Shown here piece after piece: positions 37,766-48,810 of a DNA stretch of 64,000 nt (its first letter is position 1; every line of letters starts with the position of its first letter). This stretch comes from Paragordius varius. Taxonomy: Eukaryota; Animalia; Nematomorpha. The notes under the pieces were generated by a model that worked only from the letters and a program-made list of their open reading frames with translations, was not told the origin of the DNA and ran no database searches. The stretch is taken from the NCBI GenBank assembly GCA_964247055.1, contig OZ176050.1, positions 2,232,001 to 2,296,000 of the forward strand. The letters run 5' to 3'. Position numbers and translations under genes: made by a program.

Positions 37766-40700
37766 AAATGGTTGCATGAAAGAGGTGGAGGGGGCCAGCG
37801 ATGCAAGCTACACCTCTGTTATCAGCTAATATCAATTTAAAATCTCCTTACAATCGCTAACCTGTGTAAACAATGGAATTTATCTTACACGTCAAGTAAT
37901 CTCAAACCTTTTCTTAGCTTACTACGCCTTTTCATTATTTGGTTGCTATATTATCTAACATGGACTTAGTGATTTCCGGCATGCTTAATTTTTTGTTCAA
38001 AAGATTTATTTGATATGGTATAAATGCAGTCTGTTTGAAGTTTTTATAAATATTATATTTTGAGATAGATGGATGAACATTTAAATATATGCTAAACCTT
38101 TCCCGACGTTAATTGAAAGATGACACCTACTTTACTGGTAAGCAAATAAATGTATAGGTTTTATATAATATCTAATACGTCCATTACCTCTACCATCTAT
38201 TTTACTTTCCTCCTCATATGAAATCAAAAAACATCCCATTAACACTTGGATACAACACACTCATTTTAGTCCTTCGATTCAAATTGGGGTAGTTGGATAC
38301 CCCATGCCTGTTTTTAATTAAATTCTTTAAAAAATATAGAAGGAATCGAAACCATGGCAAAGTTTTGCACTTATCTAACATTAATAAACCGAAATATATA
38401 AAAAATTTTATTCAAAAATACTTGATAGTACTTATTTTAAGCTAAAACCAAAAGATTTTCATCAACGTGACATGTGTCAAATTGTAAAATTGAAAAATTA
38501 TACAAACTAAACCGCTTTTTCTATTTCTATTAATGTTAGATGTAATTTTTATAAAAAATTAGCTTTAGTTTTACCCTTGATAAAGACGATATTAAGCAAA
38601 AATTTTGTAAAATAAAAATGGCGTCTAAGTAGTTTTAGATGGAGCTTTTTTTTCAAAACAAAATTTTATCAAGATATTTTGGCATATTTATATACTATTT
38701 ATCAGAATAGAAGCATATATTTAAATTAGGACCATTTCCTTTAGTAGTTTTTTAAAAATATTAATTTTAATTTAGTCTGGGGTATTTAGAAACCCCAATT
38801 TAAATCGAGGTGTTAAAATACATTATCCGGTGATAGATATATCAAAGTTTCGTGTTTTATCCAATCGAATCTGATTTAAAGTCTTTAGATGAGTCGGATA
38901 AAGAATTGAATATGCAGAGAACCATATATCAAGTTATATGTCAATCAGTGTTTTATCTTGAACTGGTAAACAGTTATAATTGGTTATATGGGACTTTAAG
39001 ATTGTTTACTAGGGTAAAAAACTTTAATGTTGTCTGCAGGTATATTTTTTTTCCTTATTGACAATTTAATAAACACATATAACAATAAATATGGTACTGG
39101 CCAAATATATTAACTTCGCATAGCCCTATATAAATATTTTACTCTTGGCTTGATTTGTAATAATTATTGTTTTGGAATATTACAAAATAATGAATTACAA
39201 TAATAATATGTTTAACTGAAACTATATAATTATAAATTGTTATGTTGAGTAATTAATTACTTAAATTTTTATACATATTTTTTCGCACTTTATACGATAC
39301 AAGTGCTAAAGTTGGTAACATAGTGTTATGTAATGAGGAGGCCCTTCAATTGTTGTAAGGTTTGAAAGATTTATTGAATTGAGTATACTAAAGACCAAAA
39401 TACTCTTACATTTAATGGGAGAATGTTTAATATATTTTGGAATAATTTTTTCATAATTAAGATATGATTGTTTACAGTTTACACTATGGCATCAAAACAA
39501 TTTATTAATTGTCGCGATTAATAATATTTTTTACAAAACTTTGTAATATGCTTGAAAATGGTATAGATTTTTATATATTTTATTTTAAAATATTAGGTAA
39601 TAGGATTTTTGGAGTGTTTTGTCACCACAGCTTTCGAAAGCATGTTTCAAATTATAAGACGTTTAAATAAATTAACATATAATTTATGTGTAAATGACTG
39701 ATGGTCAACCTATCTATTTAAATTAAAGAAGGCAATATAACTGATATTATCGACAATTTTCGCTAATTCTTGGCAAAATTGAATAATCTTATAGATAATA
39801 TGTTAAAGAGATGTGCAAACTGTAGAATTTGGGTTATATTTGGTAAATTGTCGTTCCTCAAATACCATCTCAAAGGCTCTTTAATCCTGGACACTGATCA
39901 GAAAGACGCCTAAAGATACACTTCTTCTTCAAAAGTTAAATCGATTCCAGTATTATGATTTGTTTTAACACTAGTGGTACTCACCAAAAAATATCTTTTT
40001 TGGCTAATATGTACAAATATTAGATATATCAGTCGACCGTTCTGGTCGCACTTAGCACCCAAAATATATCTTCTACCAAATAAATTTTTGATAATAAAAT
40101 AAATTTAAATATTAATCAACAAAGATCTGGGTAGCCTCATGATAGGATTTCAATACGTCGTCCGTATTGACCTCTGTGAGGCGATTATACGTATGACATA
40201 TTTAATTTTTAAATATGCCTAGCATATGTAAGTTGAAGGGAAAACGGTGAAGATAACCTGGGCACATTTTTTTTCATATTTGTTTCTCACATCTTGCCAA
40301 AACTCATATTTTTCTTCTTTGCGATGCTCTTTAGAGATTGCGTCTAAATCTGAGTAGTTTTCAAAATCAATAAATTCCAACAGGATGTGCATGTGCCAGA
40401 TCGAATCTAAATTTCACCTGCTTATTTGTATATCCATATGTCATGGGTTTACAACGAATTTTGGGCATATTTTGATTCCAAAAATCTAAAATTCATCTCA
40501 TTACATAAAAATGTTAATATTATTAAATTAATAAAATTGGTATCCGTATCACCTTTGCTGCGAACCCATTTAGAGCACAAAAACATCCGAATAACCATTT
40601 ACACAATCAAAATTAGAATCAACACTTTCCAGATATATTAGTTTAGAGGGGGAACCTTGTAATTATGGACAATGTCGTATGATTTTAACATTTATTAAAT

Positions 40701-41974
40701 ATTCAATTAATTACACAAACTTTTAATTTCAAAATCTTATATCCCTTTACAACAGAGCAAATTGGCGCACATTTGACTACGAATAAGTTTAAATCGAAAA
40801 CGACTTTACCTAACTATAACCATATTATTTAATGGTTTAAGCAATGTATAATTTGACTAAACCTAGAGATGCATATTGTTTTCAAGGAATATAAATTGGT
40901 GTTAACGGACAACGGATTGGCAATATGTTAAAAATATCAACATGAGTGATATAAATTGGCATATTTAGGGTTGTTATTTTGACCCTCTTTTTCAAAAAAC
41001 GGGGTCCCATATGTTATTGCCAATAAAATAACTACATACATAATTTGATTAAATTACATAAAAAAGATTTTACATAAAGTATATTTTTTAAAAGTATACT
41101 TTCACCAATACTGATAATTAAAATTTCTACAATTAACTATCTTACCTGGAATCATACAAAAAGACTATAGAAAGTTTTAAATCACAGAGAGATAAGACTA
41201 ACAATAGGAATTTATTGGAACCTATTTATGCTCAAATAATTATTTCAAACTATTAATGAAATCCGGAAATGTTCCTTTTCAACTATGTTAAAATTAGAGG
41301 ATGTAAAAATAAATTTTGCTAAATGTTTCTGGCTATTTTCTTCTTGAAAACAGAAAATAAAACTAAACCTAAGAAATTAAATATTAATTTGCTTTAGACC
41401 ATCACCTTCTGTCATAATTTATTTTATAAACTTCTTTATATGTTTCTTCGTTCGGTTTTTATTTAAATATATAGTGCAATTGCATTTCTAGCTTGTAACT
41501 TGGTTTTCTATAAATTTCCACAAGGCTGATTCATTATGAGGAAGTAAGAAAAAATGTATATCATATGATATTTAAATCAAAATACTACATATTTAAATAA
41601 TATAAGGTTTTGTTTTCCTAAAACGAAAATTAATAAAATAAAAAAATAAAAAAAAATGACTTAGGTCATAGACTAACGGGCACAACCCTAGGCATATTAA
41701 ACATTTTATTCCTTTTTTTGTGTTGAGATAAAAAGAATTTGACACATATACCTAAAAATAACAATGCAACACTTTTATCATCAAAATGTTGATGGCAGAT
41801 AGCTTGGTAGGAAAGATTATAGCCCTGACGACTTTTGTATGGATAGCGGGATTTTATTATATTAATTATTTAATGAAATTTAATTTAATGCAATATATTT
41901 ACTCATATTATTTTTTTTTATATTCCAAATATAGGACAAAAAACGCGACCAATTTAGAAACTTTGGTTAAAAAA

Positions 41975-41976
<2 letters not shown>

Positions 41977-42021
<45 letters not shown>
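41977..42021. repeat. (TA)n microsatellite
   Basis: About 22 perfect TA units. Confidence 0.95.
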
Positions 42022-42028
<7 letters not shown>

Positions 42029-42192
42029 TTATTAATTTATCGTACACAATAAATTGAGGTTTTATTGATGGTTTAATACGTCATGTTTAAAATTGATATT
42101 AACAATCAAATTATCTTATATAAAAATATCTTTCAATTTAATGTTGTGTTTTTAATATTTCAATAAATAATACACCCCGACATCGATTAATA

Positions 42193-44573
42193 ATGAGTTT
42201 TAAAATATGCCGAACTTGTCAAAAACCGTTTAACCAATGCAGTACCTGTTTGGTACCATTTATGGACGAAGATCCAAATGCAACTTCAAATTTACACCCA
42301 CATTCTCCATCACCTTTGCAGTTTAACACAACTAATTCACCCCAAAACGCAATTAGTACACCTCACAATGAATTTTCTTCTATTACAAATGAAAACACCA
42401 GCTCTGACACAGAGCTTGGTGATTTTAAAGCTGAAGCAGATGAACAGGATATCATCTCCTATGAAGATACAGAAAATAATTCGCAAAATGATGCTATTAT
42501 TAATTATAACAATACACAATCACCAAATACTGATAAAACCGCAATTGACGATACAAGTAAAAATAATTTTTACAATACTGCTGAAATCAGAAAATGGCAA
42601 GAGATAATAGCCTATTTTGCCATACAAACATTAATTAGCATATTATTAGACAACTGTGTACAATGTCTCAATAATAAGTCTACAAAAAATTTACCAAATA
42701 AAGATCCATACGAAAATGACACAGAAGATAATCAATCAGTTAGGGGAGAAAAGATAGACAAAACGCCAGAAATGTATGGACCAAATGACAGTTTTTATAT
42801 ATACAGACCTAAGCCGTTTGAGCTTTGGCAAAAGACAAAGCCTGGCCCCTGTATATTACAAGGAACAGCCATAAGTATACAACAGAAATATAGTGAGTTG
42901 ACGTCCCTTCATTTTGAGGAGATTTTACGCCAAGAAGCCGAAATTTGCAAACAGTTGGAGGAATATTCGCGACAAGTTTCGCAAAACTTGGAGTCCATAT
43001 ATGTGATGTACAAAAATGAACGGTATAGAGAATGCCAATTTGAAAAAAATATAGTTCAAAAATTAGTGAAAAAATATGCAGACCTTGAAGTAGAATCTCT
43101 AACTGATCTTGTGGTGAAACCGAATAAAAAAGGTTTTACATGCACTTAAATAATTTCATCAAAAATGTTTTCATCTATAAACAACTAAATGAATCATAGA
43201 TTATTTATTGATTAAACTGTTACAGAAAGTAAAAATAATAATTAAATTTTTAAACATATTATTTGTTCCTTAATTTTCATGTAAATATATGGCTTTATTA
43301 TCAAAATAAAATTTCGAAATGCCGTTTAAACAAAATATTTTAAAAATTATGATAAAATGAATAAAAGGTATTATTTTTTACTATAGATATCCTATTATAA
43401 TTCTTAAGCTTAATAAACATTTCTTCCTGTAAAGGACAAAAGCAATCCAAGACCGCTACAAAAGAACACAAGAATGAAAGTAAAAGGCAAAAGAAAAAGG
43501 ACTCTTCAAAGGACGAAACGACACAAGTTGTCGCAAAACGCAAACTATCCGCTCCAACCTCCTATCAAATTAATAAAATAACAAAACCAATAACGAATGA
43601 AAGTCTGAGTGATTTTACAGATTCCTCCGAACCAATTTATATAAATCAATCTAACAATCATCATCAACCGCCACCACCACTTCCACCCCGTCAAGGTTTA
43701 AGGAAAAATAGATCGCCAGGTTCATCCGTACCAATTTACATAAATCAATTCAATGATCAACAACCGCCACCACTTGCCCCTCGACAAGGATCAATAATGA
43801 ATAGACCACCTAGTTTCTCAGAACCAATTTATATGAATCAATCTAACATTCATCAACAGCCGCCACCAATCCGAGGTCCAGGTTTAAGGATGAATAGACC
43901 CCCTAATCCATCCGAACCGATATATATAAATCAATTGAATGATCAACAACCACCACCACTTCTCCCTCGTCAAGGATCAATAATGAACAGACCGCTTAGT
44001 TTCGCAGAACCAATTTATATAAATCAATCTAACAATCATCAACAGCTGCCACCAATCCGAGGTCCAGGTTTAAGGACAAATAGACCCCCTAATCCATCCG
44101 TACCAATTTATACCAATCAATTGCATGATCAACAACCGCCGCCACTTCCCCCACGCCAAGGTTTATTAGTAAATAGGCCGCCTTTTTCTCAAGGTGTGCA
44201 TGAGACTCCTGCTTTTTCTCCATCTAAAGCATTAAAACCGCCAATGCCGCTACCGCAAAACCTAGCACCAAGACCGCCGCCACCAAGCACTAACCCAAGA
44301 TATGTGATTCCCGCCTTTTCTCCATCCACTGGAAACTTTGCAACAAGACCACCACCCCCAAACAACGACAACCCAAGATATACGATTCCCGCTTGTTCTC
44401 CATCCACTGGATTCACAAAACCGCCAAACATTGCCCCAAGACCACCACCCCCAAACAACAATAGCCCAAGATTTGCTCAAGTTTTACCGCGTCGTTCACC
44501 CACCCCGAATGCAACAACTCACAAAAATAAAAAGAAAAAATGGTGGAATTGTTTTAGTGTAAAAACAACCTAG
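42193..44573 (+). CDS. Orphan protein, about 692 aa, two exons: N-terminal CxxC-x6-CxxC, acidic/Asn-rich region, helical region, Lys-rich linker, Pro/Tyr tandem repeats, polybasic-Cys C-terminus
   Basis: Exon 1 (42193-43132) ends AAAG|GTTTTA and exon 2 (43435-44573) follows CTGTAAAG. The phase-1 join gives 2079 nt. The frame of ORF 43797 stays open and ATG-less back to about 43402, as expected for an internal or terminal exon. Confidence 0.65.
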
Positions 44574-45716
44574 TACCAAAATATGTTAATGAACGCTCAG
44601 CTATTCCTGCTAAATTAAGAGACCCGGGATAACTTAATTTGATATAATACTGAATAAAAAATTGTAATTTAATGATTATATAACATTGTCAATTTGAAGA
44701 TATGTGCAATGCACTAATTAATAAATGCAAAATAAAAATAATGAGACCAATACTTATGAAAATTACATATGAGTAAGTATACATTGCTTAATTCCACAGT
44801 ATATACAACAAAGAGCAGTATTATTAGCTAATAAAGGTAAAAAGAAAAAAACTACAAGCCATGTGCTATTTAGCAATCATTAATATCTTTCTAGCAATGT
44901 ATACTTATACTGTAAATTCGAGTGTATAAATATATCGGTAAAGTAAATCATATTACAACGCCCCTTCTAACACTGTGTCAAGTGGATATAAACGATATTT
45001 CTGACTCAGCATAATTTTATATTCAGTTTAAAACAAAACAAATAAATAAATTTTGGTTCTTTCCTTCAAGATATTATGTGGCCCGCTAATTGGAAACTTA
45101 CCAAGTACATGGACGTTTTATGCTCATAAATTCTGTAAAATTGTTATATTTTAAATTAATTATCTTGATAAGTCAATATCGAATATTTTATATCATTTTT
45201 TACAAAATTTGAATTAAAATTTATAATTTATTAATGCCCATCTATTTTTCGAATGCAGCCTGACGATTATTTGGCCCGCGATTATATTTGTGTTGAACGC
45301 TGGCTTAATGAAAATGATTTGGACATTTAGAAAAACTGCACTAACAGGGGAAACCTAGACTTGGCGATGATAGATGCTTTATATACGCATCATCCGCCTT
45401 ATCATTCGTCAGTCAATATTTTTGGGCTGGAATAATAGTTTGAATTGATTTTTTGATTCGCATCATTTTGTCGATCCAAGCCAACTGTATGCATTCGGAT
45501 GAAAAAACCAAAGGTTGGCAAAACTTAGTTATTGCTTTTCGCCAGATGTTGGTTGCCTCACATAGTTTGGGTTATCGACTGCCGAAATCTCCAAAAACAT
45601 ACCTCAATTATCGTGGCATCCAAAAATATATAATTGGGTTTTGAGCCCCTTTATACATAAAAAAATCTACCGATTTATAATTAAACTGCTAACCTGATTA
45701 GTTGTTTTGATATTAA

Positions 45717-45990
45717 TACCATTACTTCAAGAGTGCCTTGAACACTTTTGGTCCTTATATTTTTATTAATATAACCATAATTTTTGCATTTTTTTTATTT
45801 TATTTTCCACCTAATCTTTATTTATAATATATTTATCATTGAAAAATAATTATTCAAAAACTTTTGTTTCAAACTAATTTATTTCCCATTTTGAAATTAT
45901 AAATGTTTTCAATGTTGTAATAACCTAGAAAGCTTATATATTTTTAATTACATGTTATAATCATATCAATATTCAAAATAATTATATCAA
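45717..45990. mobile_element. Truncated MITE homologous to the core of the 19202-20724 foldback element
   Basis: Starts TACCATTACTTCAAGAGTGCCTTGAACAC and continues collinear with 19715-20040 (AATTTTTGCATT...ATATATTTATCATT...TTTTGTTTCAAA...TAATAACC.AGAAA). Confidence 0.7.
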
Positions 45991-46962
45991 ATTTATAAGG
46001 ATATACGGTTTCTGAATGATCTATATAATTTTCTCTTTTTATGCTCGGTCGCAGGTGTGGCGCTAAGCTTTGGATATCTTTCTTTTACTTTACTTTAATT
46101 ATCCTAATTTATAAATAGGGGAATTCAATTTAAACCAAGGACAGTATTTTTTAATTTTTAAATTGTCTTTTTTGTGTGTGTTGTATAAATTTTTAGCGAA
46201 TACGTGTCTTTTTTGTTTTTTCTGTTACTTTTTGTACTTCACAAATTTGTTATGTATAAAATTAAACTACTTCAAATCTATATTGTCTCTAAGGTCGGTT
46301 TTTAATCCTTATATATATATATATATATATATATGCATTGTATAATACAATTATCTTGTCCGCCCGGTAGTAAGGATGCCAAGACTTGTACGCCCTGTTC
46401 ATACCTAATATTTTTATTTTTTATTTTACATTTGGTTAAAAAAATAATAGAATAGATTATAAATTTTTTATATCATCACCGGTTTTTTATTGCATAAGGC
46501 TTATATCTTTGAACTAAGTTAATGAACGTTGAATTTAAATTATCAGCTTCAAGTTAAGAGTTAAACATTCAATTATCTTTGTCCCAATTTTAATTCCATT
46601 TTTCAAGTTCCTTTTCATATTGGCCAATTAAAACCAAAATAATTGGTTTTATGGCTTTTACTACTTTTTAACCCCTATATCCGAAGATATCACAATCTTA
46701 CAGCACAGTTAAATGATTCTGTTATGTGGTAACTATTTATGGACCAAAAATTTGGGAATCGATTTTATGCTTATTCCTACCATTTAATTCGTTTTCATTG
46801 TTAGCGCAATAAAATATGATGTCGTAATATAATTTTGGGTGACTAATTTTGAAGATCGGTATCTCGATTGCCATTTGTCATTTTTAGATTTTTAATCATC
46901 GTATTGCTACCTTATCATAAATCATTAGCTTAATGTATATCGATTATTTACACATTTTGCTT

Positions 46963-46965
<3 letters not shown>

Positions 46966-47035
<70 letters not shown>
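46966..47035. repeat. (TA)n microsatellite
   Basis: About 35 perfect TA units. Confidence 0.95.
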
Positions 47036-47038
<3 letters not shown>

Positions 47039-47569
47039 GTATTATACGTTTCATTGCATATTGTTAGAAGCCCTGAAGATGATTGACGTCCCCCTGCTCT
47101 AAGGCGCGTAAAAGCGTAGGAAGGCGGTAAGGGTCGTCTGTGAGGACAGTGGGAGTAAGGCGCATGCCTGTCACACCCTTTTCTGGATACCTGGATAAGT
47201 TTCAGTTGTTTTTTATTATTATGCATTTAAGATATCTTTTAAGTTATTACATAGATTGTGACGGAATCCATACACCTTAAGTATGGTTTAACAAAGCCCC
47301 GGCAAACTTGATCACAAAAATATGACAAAAATTAAAGTGATAATAAAATCTGTATAGAAAACTGGAACGCAAGAATTGAAATGAAGAAAAAAAAGACTCT
47401 AATAGGAAAGGATATGCAAAGAATCCAATTAATTGGGTATCACTAAAACCCATTACAAGGGCAAAGGTGTTTTATATAACAAAGAAAATTGTATTTATAA
47501 ATCGGGACACTATATAAGGAGGGTGTTGATGTAATATTAAATAAAGAATATAATAAATATGTCAATTCG

Positions 47570-48810
47570 TTTAATTTAAATTATTCATGAGCATCAGATT
47601 TAATGCTAGCCCGATTAACTTAACTTATATCATTGTTTATGCCCCTACAGCGGACTCTGAACAAGAAAAATAGATGCATTTTACGAACAGCTCCAAGACT
47701 TAATAAATTCTGTATCTAAAAAGGATACAATAATAGCTATTAATATAGAAAGGTGAAATCAAGAGTAGGACACGATATTGGGAAAACACGGATTAGGTGA
47801 AAGAACGAATCTGGTGAACGATTGATCGAATTCTGTATGATTAATCAAATGTTTGTTGTGAATACATGGTAAAAACAACATAAAAGACTGTTCCTCCCCT
47901 TGTGCAAAAATTAAAACCAAATAGATTATTTTATAGAACAACAAAAATGGAAAATTCATAAATGCTAAAAAAAAGAAAAGTTGTGACTGCTCAAGCGATC
48001 ACCAACTATTAATAACAACAATTATGTTGAAACTCTGGAATACAACGTAGAAATCTCTTTAGAATATAAGATAGAAGTAAATAATATTGATTTGTTAGGT
48101 AAGATGGATAATAACTTACAAAACCAAAGGAATAATATAAGAATAATTCACGAGACAGCACAAAAATATTTACCAAAAAAAAACTTCATATATAAAGTTA
48201 CCAGATGACTGTATAAAAATAATTGAAGAAAGTAGAAGAGCTAGAAAAGCGGAGAAAGAGATATAGTTAAAAAACAAAATTCAAGACTCTAGAGACAGAA
48301 AAGGAAGACCTGGAGGAACACTGTAATGAATAATGGACGATTACTGAGGAAGCTTACAGAAAAGGCTTAAGTAAACCTCTGTTCCAAACCAGAAGAATAA
48401 CAAATCAATACCAACTTCAAAACATTAATATTAAGGACAATGGAAGGATCTTGACGACGGAAATAGAAGTTAAAGAAAGATGATAAAGTTACACCAAACA
48501 GCTGTATATTGCAAATATAGACCTATATATGGGAATGGGGATAATGAGTTATGTATATTAGAAGCAGAGGTAGTAAAAGCTTTATAATCGATACCAATAA
48601 GGAAAGCCTCTGGAATAGATAATATTCCTTGGAATTAATAAGAGATATACCGATATCAGTTATACATAGATTGTGTCAGGAAGTATGGAGGTCGATGCCA
48701 AAAGATTGGCAAATACTGTTTATTCCAATCCTAAAGGGAGATAAATTTAATTGCGAGAACTATAAAAACATAGTTCTTAGTCATGCAAGCAAAATTTTGT
48801 TGAAGATTAT
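47570..48810 (+). mobile_element. RTE-clade LINE, 5' part (AP endonuclease to start of RT), decayed and interrupted by a gypsy insertion
   Basis: YAPTADSEQE..DAFYEQLQ, GKHGLGERNESGERLIEFC, KASGIDNIPLEL and CENYKNIVLSHASKILLKII. It stops exactly at the LTR at 48811. Confidence 0.85.

Noticed and set aside
44189-44480. Gly-rich minus-strand ORFs (GGGGLG...) resembling collagen or glycine-rich proteins
   Set aside because: They are the antisense shadow of the Pro-rich codons of the plus-strand gene and have no Gly-X-Y periodicity.
43797-44573. Pro-rich ORF as a cnidarian minicollagen or nematocyst protein
   Set aside because: It has no signal peptide, no Gly-X-Y block and no six-cysteine CRD.
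47078-47100. CTGAAGA as a hammerhead ribozyme core (also CTGATGA near 59607)
   Set aside because: There is no stem II followed by GAAA and no stem III/NUH on the same strand. Near 59.6 kb the GAAAC-hairpin-GTC is on the opposite strand from CTGATGA.
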